From assembly GCF_006345805.1 (NCBI RefSeq), contig NC_043006.1, positions 24,366,001 to 24,430,000 of the forward strand: a stretch of DNA of 64,000 nt, read 5' to 3'. Under the pieces are notes generated by a model that saw nothing but the letters and a program-made list of their open reading frames with translations, made no database searches and was not told the origin of the DNA. The DNA is from Octopus sinensis (Eukaryota). The translations under genes and the position numbers were made by a program. Below, piece by piece: positions 1 to 13,030 of this stretch (position 1 is the first letter of the stretch; each line of letters starts with the position of its first letter).

Positions 1-112
1 GTAAAACTACAAGTATTTCAGAGGCACCACACCAAGGAGTTGAAGTGTTGAGAAGATTAGAAACCAGAAATATTGGGAAGCCGGATATCGCAGACATGCA
101 GAATTCAATTAC

Positions 113-144
<32 letters not shown>

Positions 145-3100
145 CAGGAATAATACAAGTCTGAAAAGAAATCCAATTTACATGAATAATTCATGATTCA
201 GCTGAATGCCATTGGGAAAAGGAAACAGAAGGGAACAAACTGCAAATTGTCAGATGACTGTTCAATTAAATGAATATTAGTGTAAAATTTATTAATTTGC
301 AATCAGTTAACAGACATAGATAAAGCTGTAGTGGAAAACATCAACATTGCAAATCTGAGAGGAAAGGGGATTTGAAAAGATAAATCAATTTATATTTGTA
401 GACATATTTTTAAAACAAATCTGCTCATTTTTTTTTTTTTTTTGTGGGAGGGTTACATGTAGAGCCATCTATTAGAAAATAATACAGCTTGGCTAAAATA
501 AAAGCATGGTTTACAAGGAATATTTGTTGAACAGCTTCAGATAAACTGATATATTTGGTGAAAGCACTACTAAAATTAAAGAGAAATATGAAATATATTT
601 AGATATTTAGCAAACAGTACATAAATATTTAGTTAAGGTATTTTAATAGAAAGTTATGATAAGAGAGAGAGTAGGAGAAAGGGAGAGGAAAAGAAATAAG
701 AGAAAAGCATTTGTAAGTGCCAAGTGAAACAGGGAAGAAGAACAAGCCTGAAGCTATTAGGTGAAGACATAGCAGACCAAGCTTATTGAGTTTGAATTTA
801 AATTGAAGAACAATTGGTACAAAGAATGTTGAATGCCAGGGCCAGTGAAGAAGATATTATTATTCCATGTTAGAGATATAGCCAAAATGATAAGATAGGG
901 ACAATTACTGCAGGTTTTAATGAGTACAGTATTATCTGGCAATTGAAAGTACCAATATGTTGGAAGTAATATATCAAAGAAGAGAGGGGGGAGAGAGAGA
1001 AAGAGAACGGTAAAGGAGCCTCAACTCTGATGTAATGACAGTAGCAAGGAAAAGATGACATAGGAGAAGTTTGGAGACAAATATGTGAAAAGAATAGGAA
1101 AAAGAGATTAGAAAGGAATTGAGTAGAAGAAAATGAAAGATAAAAGAAGTTTAGATAAAAGGGAAATCCCCGCAGAGTAGAGTGAAGGATTCTATGAATA
1201 AAGAAACTCTTCACTGTGTGAATAGAGGTTGTCAACATTGTATGGCAGTGTAATAGACTATTCCAGTATAGTGAGGTGGTGATTTTGTAGTCTGAAAGCC
1301 ATGGAATATTGAATAAATTCTTGCAAACTGTTGATTTTGTGTTCTTAAAAAATTGCCATTGGATTTTTAGGAATAGAAATGGTCTCTAAATATTCTCAAC
1401 TGAAGGAAAGACCATTAAAAGTTTTTACTGGATATTTGAGAAAGAGGAAACTTGTGTAATAGCCTGCTCCATATCACTCATTTTATTTACTTGTCTTACA
1501 TTCTCTAAGTTAGTGAATAGATTGACAAAAGAGTTTTTATATAAATATCTCTTTTTATAAAATTTCTGTACAATTTGAGGCATTCAAATTTACATTGAAG
1601 AAATGGACTACTTTTTAACATATTAAAAACATTTCTGAAATATTCTGTAGAAATTTTTTACACCTGAATTTATTAACACTAAATTAAATTTATTTATGTA
1701 AATAATATATTATATATATATTATACAGATTAAAAAAAAATCAGTCAGCCATGCTATAAAATCAAGGAAGTAGACAAAAACATTGATTTCACAATATATT
1801 AGTGTTTATCTTTTGTATATTAGTATGTTTGTCAAAATTTGTTAGTAAGGCATGCATTATTTTGAAGCAATCCAGTTTACAGCTATCTAAAACTTGCTCA
1901 ATCTGTTTTCAATGAAGCCATAGTCAGACTGTCAAAAGTATGTTGCGATAGTATTGTCACCTTGTTTACAGTAGGTAGGAATCCTTCAATTTTATGCCTC
2001 AATTCAAGAACAGAAACAAAACATATCAGTGTTCCATTATTACATTGTTCTTACTTGGTTCATAACTACTCTGCTTGTTGATAAAGGCATTCATTATTTT
2101 GCGAGTGCTAAAGAGAGGATATAAATCCGTGGCTATAGGCAAAAGCCCAAAATTTATCCATTTAGTTAATTGACTGTTAACAGCAACAAATATATACCAC
2201 TTTTAAATTGTTACTCTTACAAAATTTTCTTTAGACGATATTAATATAATAATGAGGCATTCGAAGAAAAATTATTACTAGTATGTAATAATTTATTTTT
2301 GTAGAATATCTTTGTTCTAAACTTCAGTAGCTGTCTTGCTCAAAATATAATTTAAAAATATTTTTTAATAAATAATTTAAAATATTCAGAACACCTGAAT
2401 ATTTTAGATCTTGTAAGCAGATATAATTAATTAAATTGTAATTGTAATTTTATTAATGAATGTTTTTCTAACTAGTTGTTAGCATAATAAATTAGTCTGT
2501 GGCAAAGATTTTATGCCTAGTAATTGATGAACAGAAGGGAAATGACAAAGATTTCAAGTTAGCAGAAAGCTTAGACAGGAGAATATTAGGGTGAAAAGAA
2601 CCATTAGATTTTGTACTAGTGTCTGCATTTCTGATGCATTTCTAGCTAGGAACACATGATTCTATTATGCATTTTAAGAGTTAAAGAAACCAAATAATGT
2701 AGCCTGGTTATAAAGATATGTGTTTAGAACAATGGTTTAAACCAATTAGGATGGTGATAGAAATAAGGTCAGATTGACTGAATCCATTGAGTATTTTCAT
2801 TTATACCAAGTAGGTTTTCTTATCAAGGCCTATCTACTTCTCACAACCACTGAGCTTAGATCAAAATCAAGATGTCTAGTATGATGATGATGAGCTGCAT
2901 TTCTGCCAACCCATGCTAAGTGATATATTAAAATAAAATGATCAGATATTAAAAGCTGAAGCGCAGTAGAATAAGCTACACATTATACAATTGTCTACTT
3001 GTCTCATTACAGGAGTGCCACTTCATTTCAGAAGCTCATAATTTTCCAATAATGAATAGTTTTGTTTTTCAGAGTTAGATGGATAGTCTATTAACACTAA

Positions 3101-4193
3101 GTATACTAAATACTTTAAGCTGATGTATTGAAAATGATAAATATAGACACAAAGAATCAAAGAGGCTACAAGGATTGTAAAAATTAGATGTTAATGTTTT
3201 ACACTGGGATAACACTAGACATCTGTAGTAGAGGGTGTATAGTAGACATATGTATTATTACTGATACTTTATCAACTTCTGAAGAATGAGAAGTAAAGCT
3301 AACACTGACCAGTACAAAATGGCAACTCAATATTTGACTGGTATTTATATTACTGATGAGAAAAAAATGTTTGGACCAAGAATGTAAAGGAATATAATTA
3401 AAGACTTCAAGGCACAGTTTGGCAAGATGAAGTTTATGCACCTTTACCATTCCTATTTATTAAATGGTAAATTCAAGAGAAGGTGAAGAACAACTACATA
3501 CCAATTAAAGATGGTGTAGCAGGTCATGTTAAAGATTCATCTTTTAAGGCAACACAAGACATTGATTTACTATTCAAACTTTAGAACTTATGAGAAATAT
3601 TTGACTTCATATCTCAGTTTGCAAAATCACTGTGAGTGTGTGTGTGTGTGAGAGAGAGACCAATAACTATATTGCACTAATTATCAAATAAAAATACTAA
3701 AAATTAATAGTGAAAGGTCAGGTAAAATGCTATCAAAATGCTTATTTTTCAACATGTTAGGAGTAATTCTTTTTGTAAGCTGGTTTGTATCAAATATTTC
3801 AATAAATTTAGAGTCTCGTGAATTTTTTTGACCAGTTGTTCTTTCCATTAGTGCTGTGTGCCTCATTTTAAATAGCAAAATCCCTTGGTAGGTACTCTAA
3901 AGTAATGAAATGGAAGGTTCTCAAAGTTATTTACTTACTAAGAAAATGAAAAAGAAAAAGCAAACAAGCAAAAAAAAAAAAACTGTAAAGATTAATAGTG
4001 AGAAATAGATTGAAAACTGGTTGACATATTACTTAACGTTAAGTTGTTTATTCCATGGCAAGAGACATAACAACCTCACTATATGCTCTGGTGTACTAAT
4101 TAGTAAATTTTGATATCTTAAAAAAAAAAAAATTATAAAAAGCAAGAGAAGGGGAAGGAGAGTGATAGAGCTATGTGTATTTTTAGAACTTAC

Positions 4194-4583
4194 CAACTGG
4201 TATGGGATTGTTGGAAGAAGAAATAATATCTGTATTAAGGGCAACAGCATTATTATTGTCTGTGGGGAATGAAGGCAGACCAGTAATCACATCTTGAGTA
4301 CCATAATTTGATGACTGAACACCATGGAAACTGTGCACAGTCACCGTTGATACAGCAGCCATGCTCTCAGTGGTTTGGGAATATGAAGAAGAAGAAGTGG
4401 TAGGCAAAGGTGAAGTCTGCACCACCTGGGGGCTTATAGCTAGGTCTGAAGAGGAATGGCTATCTGTAGTGACAACGGTGTCCCCACATCTGCTGGTGGA
4501 GATACTGAGATTAGCCACTGCTAGCTCACAATCACCTGACGACGACGACGAAGCACCTACTTCTTCTGTCTCTGTCACTGAAT
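4194..4583 (-). CDS. Internal exon of an unidentified host gene, Ser/Thr-rich low-complexity region (DSVTETEEVGASSSSSGDCELAV...SSNNPIPVG)
   Basis: 390-nt stop-free frame with acceptor ttttgttttcag|AT (AG at 4585-4584) and donor G|gtaagt (4193). Symmetric phase 1-1, and visibly more GC-rich than the flanks. No family recognised. Confidence 0.72.
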
Positions 4584-4719
4584 CTGAAAACAAAACGGTA
4601 ATCTGAGTCTGGAGGTATTTTAATGTGTTATTCATTTTGTAAAATTGGAGTATTTGGAACATTAGAGTAAAAAAAATGTTTTGTGAATTCAAATAAATTC
4701 AGAGAAACATGGATTAAAT

Positions 4720-4754
<35 letters not shown>

Positions 4755-4882
4755 AAATAGATTAAACAATTTTCAAAAAAATCAAATTATGGAAATAAAT
4801 TCAAAATATAAACATAAAAATACAAATATAAAAATATAACAAAAAATAAATATATAAAGAACTTTCAGAACACCACACTTAT

Positions 4883-4925
<43 letters not shown>

Positions 4926-5099
4926 CGTGTATGTGTAAAAATTATTTACTGCCCACTTTTCCATGCTTGTTGGAGATTTTCTACAATTGGATGTACTTCA
5001 CCATAGCCAAACATGTTTTCAAGGAATCATGGAAGACTAAAAATGGACAATCTCACTTGTATGGCAATGATGTTCATTTATAACCATCCAGGCACAAAG

Positions 5100-5845
5100 A
5101 CACACCAGGTCAAAAGTGTGTCTTTTTCACTGATGCGTTTTAGCAACATGTATCTCCGTGTTATATCATTAGTTTGATACAAATAGTCCAATCATTGCCG
5201 AATTGTTTATTCTTTATTTTCATATATAACATATAAACATTAATTGTTTATTCCTTATTTTACAGCTCTGATAATAAGTGGTGAAAAAATTGCAATTAGT
5301 GCCATTTTATGCTACCTGTGGAAAAAAGGACTGAGTACAAAGGCAGCAATAAAAGAAATTAATGAAGTGGAAAGTCCAGGAACTGTTAATGAATGTGTGA
5401 CAAAGATGCTTCGAGGAAGATGGGAAGGTGACATCAGTTTTGAAAACAAACTAAGGCCAGAGAAACCTTCTGCTGTGAAAAATGAGGCCTTGTTTGAAAT
5501 GGATGAACAGCAGCCAAGCACAAGCACTCATACATTGTCAGCAGAACTTGGTCCTTCACAAAGCACCATCAACTGACATCTCCATAAGCTCAGTCTCACA
5601 CCATCAGATTAACACCTTTTTCATGGATGGAGATTCAACAATGCGGATAAGATTGAAAACAGGTGCAAGGAGCTTTTGGGAACAAGCATGGAATTGAGCT
5701 TCTGGCACAACAATGGCAACAGACAATAGAATATGACAGGATGTATTTTGATGAATAAATGCTTTTCATAAGTAATTTGTTTGGACCATCAATTAAAGGT
5801 TGAAATATCAATTAAAGTTTTTGATTCAACCTGGTATATATACAA
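5100..5845 (+). mobile_element. Internally deleted mariner element
   Basis: KIAISAILCYLWKKGLSTKAAIKEINEV...GDISFENKLRPEKP...TLSAELGPSQSTIN matches the mariner transposase N-terminal HTH. A FWEQ...W C-terminal remnant lies near 5680-5750. Boundaries approximate. Confidence 0.8.
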
Positions 5846-7794
5846 AGTAAAAATAAAATAGATTTAGTAATTTTTTTTGTTTAAGTTTGATGATGAGTAT
5901 TCAATCAAAAGAACTTCTTACTCATAGAATTATAGCTCATGTGACAGAGTATTCCACAGATGTTTGTAACATTGAATGTAAACCTTAAGAAAAGTTAACT
6001 TAAAAAGTTAAAAGTGAGACAGTAGTAGCCCCTTTCAATTACATGTAGAGTCCATCTGATGGGCTTCTAAAGAATTTCCACTCGTCTAGTTTCACTTGAA
6101 AGGCCAATGTCAACTTGAGGCTATGGTAAAAGACACCTGTCCATGATTCCACATGGCAGGATCCAATCTGGCATCTCATGACCTAGAAGCAAACTTCTTA
6201 AGCAGTCTACCATGTCTGCCCACACTCATACATGCATAATGATGTTAAGCTCCACATTCACTTAGTACACCTACTTATATAACCTTACCAAATGGTTTGG
6301 TACCTACTCTAAAGATTAGTTGAATTGTGACATTTAGAACGCAGAATGTTCATAAGACACAACAAAACATCTAGTGTAGATAAGTACACGGTGAAGAAAA
6401 TTGCTAAGTACTGTTCAACCTGCTAGAAAAAGCAGCCAGATCTCCCTATGTTTCATAAAAAGAAAAGCATACAGGCCAGTGTAAGTCCTAGAAATACAAA
6501 ATGTTTGGATGATCATGAATGAAATACCTATGATAATTGGTCTGTGAACAGGGACTAAATAACAACATGAGTTTACATCCTATGACCTGACTGGTGCTCC
6601 TTATCCACTAGGATATTTTCCTTTCGCACATCACATACATGCCATAAAGATAAGCCTTAAGTGCTTTAATTAGTTTTGAACTTAATCAAATAGAATAAAT
6701 AAAAAATCCAGATTTAAAATATATTTAAATTATCAACCAAAAATCTTCAAATATAAAATTGATCATGATATCAAATTAGTGAGAAAAATCACTTTAATTG
6801 TTCTTTAGAGGCTGTGTTTTTAGCCCTGCTTAGATGAACCCCAACACAGAGAGAAGTCAGATCAGTGAGAAACCAGCCTTGCTTTGGAGAGGATATATAT
6901 TGGTTGTAGGAAGTTTTCCAAAGAAGGAAAACAAGGAGAATAGCTGTTCCTTATACTTTACATTAATTAGGTGAACTAAAGCACTCAGATTAAATGCCTT
7001 GCTTAGCAGACACACTGAAATACTTGCAGTGGAAATTCATGAAACTATGAGCTGATGGTGGTTTTACTAACTTGTCTTCTTTTCTATTTTATCTCTTCCA
7101 TGTAAACTAGTTTTGAAAGGCCCCACCTAATACACAGAGAGAACTCATTAACCAATAATTATTATATCAAGAAACATCTGCAATATATTTATAGCTGTAG
7201 TTCTTAAAAAATTTATTTATTAGTTTTCAGTTATTTCTCTTATTTTGGTTATTACATTTTGGTGATTATTACAAATAAATTCCAAAAACAAATCCTGGCT
7301 AGAATCCAAAACCAATTCCTATTTTGTTAGTCATCATTCTGCAGGAAGGAAATGAAGAGTGAATCTCAGAGCCACGTAAATGGAATACATTTGGGCCGTA
7401 TCGTCTATTTTTTCAAGATGCATTACACAATAAGTCTTTGCATCATTTGTGACAGTAACAGGAACATTAGACTAGTTGGAACAATTTAATGCATTTTGAA
7501 AATAAATTGTTTGAATAAATTTTGAACATTAAGCATCAATTAACAATGGTTAGCTAAACTATGTAAAATTAGTAAAATGTTGATTAAATATCTGAGATGA
7601 GTTTATGATTTTTCACATTATTAACAACCTTTAGAGATGAACCAATTTTTACAGTACATTGTCAGTGGCACAGCAAACTTACTACCATTAGTTTATAAAT
7701 ACAAGTCCCTAGTTCAAATCCAATTTAGTCCTATAAACACTAATCACTGATGATTATTAGAGATAAAATAGTTGAAATGTCATGTAGATAGATC

Positions 7795-9295
7795 ATTATC
7801 ATCATCACCAGTATTTAACATATTTGTTTTCTATGCTAGCATAGATGGTTTTACCAGAGCAGGGAAGCTGGAAAGCTGCACCAGGTTCCAGTAGTCTGAT
7901 TTAGCTTGGTTTCTATGGCTGGATGCCCTTCCTAATGCCAATCACTTTACAGTGTGCTTTCTATGTGGGCCAGTACAGGCACTTTTATGTGGAACAGTAC
8001 GGGTGCTTTTTATGTGGACTGGCACGCAGGCACTTACAAAGCAAAACCCCCTTCAGCTGAGTGTGTATGTGTGTGAAGGGGGAAGCATTAACAATTTTAC
8101 TGTGGTGAATGGATCTTCCTGAGTATAGCAATGCGCCAGATATCTCAGTTCTTTGTCATCTCTTTTATATGGCTCAGCATTTTAAGATCAGTCTTCAATA
8201 CTTCATCCCATGTCTTTTTGGGTCTCCCTTTTCCACTAGTTCTATCCACTTTAGGTGATCAGAACTTCTTTATGAAGCTGTATACATCCATATGCTTCAC
8301 AAGATCAAACCAACGTAGTCTTCCCTCTTGAACACTACATCTAATTCCTCAAAAGCCTAACTTTTCCTTCAATAGACTAGCACTCTGTTGCACTTGTACA
8401 CATACATTACACATCCAGCAGAGCAAACTAGCTTCATATTTGCATGTCCTCTGCATTCAGGGTCCATATCTCACTAAAGTGTAGTGTTGTTGTTTGTATA
8501 CATGCATCATACAATCTTCCTTTCATTTGCAGAGAGACACCTTTAGGTTGCCAAGAGAGGTAAAAGCTCTCTGAATTTTCTTCATCCTATTCTTATTCTA
8601 GCAATTACACTTACTGTAAATCCTCTTCCACTACTAATTAGGTCCCCTATGTAGCAGAAATCATCCAGTACCTCTAAAGAGCCTCTGGGGTATTTGAAAG
8701 AATCAATTTTCTGAGTATCTGTATTTTTTTTAAGGCTTCACATACAAAAACTACTTTCTCTGATAACCTTCGTATTATTTCACTGTACTTTTTAAGTGTC
8801 CATAGCTTGCACTGGGTACACATCTCATGAAATTCCTGCCTGCACCTTTCCTACATACTGAGCAGGGCCATTTACCTGAAGGAAGTAGGGTCCTGTCTGT
8901 TTTCTTGCTTACTAAAACATTAGCCTTTGCTAAGTTAACCTTAATACCCTTCGATTCCAGGTTTTACTACCACACCTCAAATTTCTTTTCCAGTTCTGAT
9001 ACATAATCTGCATTGAGAACAAGGTCATCAGTATATAGCAGTTCCCAGGGGCAGCCAGTTTGGAGTTCCTCTGTTATGGTCTCATAGACAATGAACAAAA
9101 AGAGGGGACTAAGAACTGAGACCTGATGAATGCCTAACTTTACACCAGATTCATCACTGTACACATGGTTAACTCTTATTTTACTGACACAGACTCTGTA
9201 CATGGCCTGTACAGCTTTCAGAAGCCCCTTGTCTACCCCTAGCTTCCTCAGACCCTACCATATCACACATCAGGGTACTCTATCAAAGGATTAGA
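7795..9295 (-). mobile_element. 5'-truncated RTE-clade LINE (RT C-terminal part, 3'UTR, (GAT)n tail)
   Basis: FDRVP..IW.GLRKLGVDK, GIHQVSVLSPLFLF and GCPWELLYTDDLVL are RT motifs. The 3' end contains ggaagggcatccagccatagaaacc, and an (atc)n tail sits at about 7795. Confidence 0.9.
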
Positions 9296-10677
9296 TAAAA
9301 ATATTTTTAAAAAGTCTCATCTTGAAAGATGAGATGAACAGAGCATAAAATTACAATAGTATTAATAAAATGTTTTTATGCTGTTGATGCATGACTAAGA
9401 GAGAAGTGAATAAACTAAGAAGAGTAAAGTAATTATAGTTGGATAACAAGGCTGTGCTAGTACATAGTATTGTTAGCACAACAGTATGGACCATGAGAGA
9501 AAGAGTTCAGAATAACAAGGACTCTGTGACAAATCAAAATTTGTTCATGTCCATTTCTTTTCCCAGGCTAGATTGGATCGAAATTGATTCTGAAACAGGC
9601 TTTTCCACCTGGATGCTCTTTTGGGTACCAATCCTTACCGGTTTCTCAAGTAAAGAATTATTTTATTTTCTTTATATTTCACATGCATGCATGCATGCAT
9701 GTATGTATGCATGTAAGTAAGCATGCAGACATATTCAAGACAAGCATAAAACAGTTTCTGTCTACCAGATTTACAACAGATTGATCAACCCAGAGTGATA
9801 GTAGACAGCATTTGCCCAAGGTACAGCACAGTGGGAATGAACCTGAAACCATGTAGCTGCAAACTGAACATCACACAACCATACCTGCACCTTATACAAA
9901 TACATTCTTTTATTCTTTTACTGATTTCACATATTGGACTAGGGCTATTATGGGGCATCATGTTCAAGGGTTTTAGTCAATTACATCAGTTAACTTCAAA
10001 GGTATACTAGAAATAAAACAATTCTATCAAATAAATTTTCCTAACATGACTGTCACCTGTCATGGACAATGATGAATTTTGTGCCATTTCAAATTTGGAG
10101 AATTTAGAGAATGGTTTGAAGGTGATTTGGCCATTATTTCTGTCAGCTCCACCTATTTTATAGAATTGATCTCACTGACTCATGCATACATAAGGCAGTA
10201 GTGCATAGTTTCAGGGAAATTTGGCTATTAACTGGTCTAGCTGCAATATAGAGGTCTGTTACATTAGTTCGTATATACATAAGACAGTTTGATGTGATTT
10301 GAGGGAGACTTGGTTGTTATTTCAATCAGGTTAACATATGATGTAAAGGTTCTTTCAAAGTAATGAATGGAAGTGGGGACAAGAAAAAAAAAACTTGGAA
10401 TCTTTCTACCCCAACTCCCACCAGAATCTCTGATGTTCAAAACACTGAAGTCAAAAGAATTTTCTAAAAAAAAACATAATCATATAAAAAAAATATTAGA
10501 GAGGGAGTTGGCTGACTTATTTACTTCAAAATATTTACTTGTTTATCTCAGTAATTTAGGAAATTTAAGTTATTTTTTAAACTATACCTCATTTAAATCA
10601 TATGGTTTTATCCATTTTTACACTTAAGACAGCAAGAACGGGTTTCTGATTTGGCTACTATTTTTAACAGTTCTAGC

Positions 10678-11020
10678 AACCGCATAGTGACTCATACACA
10701 AACACATGTTTATATATATATATAGATATATATCACCGTGACCGACCAGGCCATCAGATGTTGTTACACATCGCTGGTCACAATGCGTTCGCATTGTTTT
10801 AGCCTTCGAATGACGCCACCCCGCTGGCTAAGCGAGCAGGCCAACAGAAGAAAGAGTGGGAGAAAGAGTGGTGAAAGAGTACAGCAGGGATCACCACCCC
10901 CTGCCGGAGCCTTGTGGAGCTTTTTTAGGTGTTTTTGCTCAATAAACACTCACAACGCCCGGTCTGGGAATCGAAACCGCGACTAGTAAAGACTCAGAAA
11001 CTAGTCTCTGAATGCAGGTT
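10678..11020 (+). ncRNA. Type I hammerhead ribozyme remnant split by a SINE insertion
   Basis: Left half AACC-GCAT-AG-TGAC (10678-10691). Right half GACTAGTAAAGACTCA-GAAAC-TA-GTC-TCTGAATGC-A-GGTT (10981-11020). Homologous to the 53946-54001 motif. Confidence 0.7.
10736..10980 (-). mobile_element. 5'-truncated tRNA-derived SINE with (TA)n/(TG)n tail (10693-10735)
   Basis: B-box-like GGTTTCGATTCCC at the minus-strand 5' end, a GC-rich body and a simple-repeat tail. Confidence 0.75.
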
Positions 11021-11099
11021 TAGCTGGGAGGAGGTGCTTGTCTTCCCCTTGCAAACATAAGGACACAGGAAATGTGTCAAGGCCGACAGGAAGCGTTGT

Positions 11100-11439
11100 T
11101 ACAATTTATACAGAAGGTGGGAAATGTAGAGATTCCCATTTGGCGCATGCAGCAGAATGCATGAAGCACAACTTGATATATGTTGGTTGTACAACAGAAC
11201 AATTAAACAAAAGATTTAATGGGCACAGGTATGATGTCAGACAGTAGTTTGATAGATCTTGCTGAACATTTTGCATCAAATGGCTGCAATTTTGAAAAAG
11301 ACTTTCTGAATCTGATACACTTTCAATACTCAAAATGCATGAGGAGAAATATGTTTGCAGGTTATTAACATCACGCCCAGGAGGAATGAATAGAATGACA
11401 GGAGAATTTCATAAAATTTACACAAAACTGTTTGATTAA
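11100..11439 (+). mobile_element. Penelope-like element GIY-YIG endonuclease, 3' fragment (frameshifted)
   Basis: AAECMKHNLIYVGCTTEQLNKRFNGHRYD, then DLAEHF, then EEKYVCRLLTSRPGGMN...LFD* (TAA 11437-11439). This is the PLE GIY-YIG pattern. Confidence 0.85.
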
Positions 11440-11709
11440 ATATTCTTTTTTCCTTTTTCTTCTTTTTTTTCTTTTCACCAGTTGTAAAATTGAAACATGA
11501 AGACTGATGATGTAATTTCATCAAAACGTGGATGCTGGTTGCTCTCATTCATATTTTAGATCTGAATTTCTATAATTTTGAATTTTTATCACTTTTCATT
11601 TTGAACTCAACAAATACAGGCTTGCTGTCAAAATATTGTTCAACCAATAAAATATCTATTGCAATCGTACTGCACTCTTCGTCTAATAATAATAATAATA
11701 ATAATAATA

Positions 11710-12795
11710 ATAAGAGCACTCAAAGAGCACAAACCTCGGCCAAGACAACACAAATGTATTCTCAACAATTAACTGGAGATGATTTTTAAAATAAGACTAT
11801 AATCAACTGCTCTCACAAACTAGAATACTAAAAATGAACCTGACCATTCTCAAACAGAAAAATAATCCAAATATATATATTGAGTGAGAGGTGAAGGGAG
11901 AGGAGATGAAATACTAATACAGTGAGGGAGAAGAAGTGAGAGTAACAGCCATGACTGAGAGGGAGTGAGAGAAAGTAATGACAATGAGAAAGATGAAACA
12001 AAGTGGCAAAGAGAGTTGTATGAATGAGAAATGAATGGGTGATAGATGAATAATGATGGAAGGAGGGAAAAAGCCGATAAATGGCGTTTGAAGTGTGAGT
12101 GTGTGTTTGTATAAGAGAAGCATGTTTGTGTGCATATGTGTGTACAATGGAAATGAGATGGTAATGTTCAATAATGAAAATGTGTGAGTGTATGTGTGTG
12201 CGTGTACAAGAGAACTGTGTGAAGTTTTACATGTACAAGTAAAAAGAATCAGAAAAATAATCCAGAATCCTTGTCCGGTAATGGAGTGATCCCAAAATCT
12301 AATGAGACTGTGCCAGTCACAAGACCAAACATCTCTGAAGGTTTCATCTGAATCCATCCAGCGGTTCTTGAGATACCTTGTCCATGGACAAACAAACAAA
12401 CACAACTGAAAGCAATACTTCTGCCTTTGCTAAGTTGGAGGTAATAATAACAAGAGCAATCAGAGAGCGCAGACCTCCACCAAGGCAACACCAATGTCCT
12501 CCCAACGATTAGCCAGAGGTAATTTTTAAAATGAGAATATCTGAAATAAACTCGACTGCACTCGCAAACGAGAATACTAAAATGACCCTGACTGCTCTTA
12601 AAAATTAAGTAAAGAAATGGAAATATAATCCAGAATCCTTGTCCGGTACTGGATCGATCCCAAAATTTAATCAGTTCATGCCAGTCAAAAGGCAAAATAT
12701 CCCTGAAAGTTTTGTGTCTTGTCCACGGACAAACAAACAATCAAACATGACCGAAAACAATACCTACCATCTTCGCTAAGGTAGAGGTAATAATA
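11710..12795 (+). mobile_element. Two tandem non-autonomous elements with subterminal inverted repeats (Helentron/HINE-like), about 11710-12445 and 12448-12795
   Basis: Each starts with aagagca(c/a)tca..gagc.ca.acctc..ccaag and ends with ...ct(t/a)cc..cttngctaag.t.gaggtaat. The internal aatccagaatccttgtccggta block is shared. Confidence 0.6.
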
Positions 12796-12819
12796 ATAAT
12801 AATAATAATAATAACAGAA

Positions 12820-13030
12820 ACAACCCTTTCTAATTTTGACATAATTTTGAGGGAAAAGGGAAAACCAGTTCTACTGACCCCAGTGCTTAAGTACATATTT
12901 TATTAACCCCTAAAAGATGAGAGGCAAAGCTGACCTCAGTGGAATTTGAACTCAGAATATAAAGAATTGGAAGAAATGCTGCTAAGTATTTTGCTCAATG
13001 TACGAATGATTTTACCAGTTCACCACCTTA
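12820..13030 (-). mobile_element. tRNA-derived SINE (family also at about 42160-42330, 45900-46110, 46160-46420 and 47150-47330)
   Basis: ggcaaagctgacctcagtggaatttgaactcagaa, which is a reverse-complement B box, recurs at these loci. Confidence 0.7.

Noticed and set aside
2055-2173. Candidate minus-strand exon QLTKWINFGLLP...SSYEP
   Set aside because: Splice sites are plausible, but it is phase-incompatible with the 4194 exon and no bridging exon or homology was found.
1-3600. Purine-rich stretches with broken RT-like words (EIPAE, SRGC, DGVAG)
   Set aside because: Probably very old LINE debris, but too degenerate to delimit or classify.
4361-4606. Plus-strand acidic ORF
   Set aside because: Antisense shadow of the minus-strand exon.
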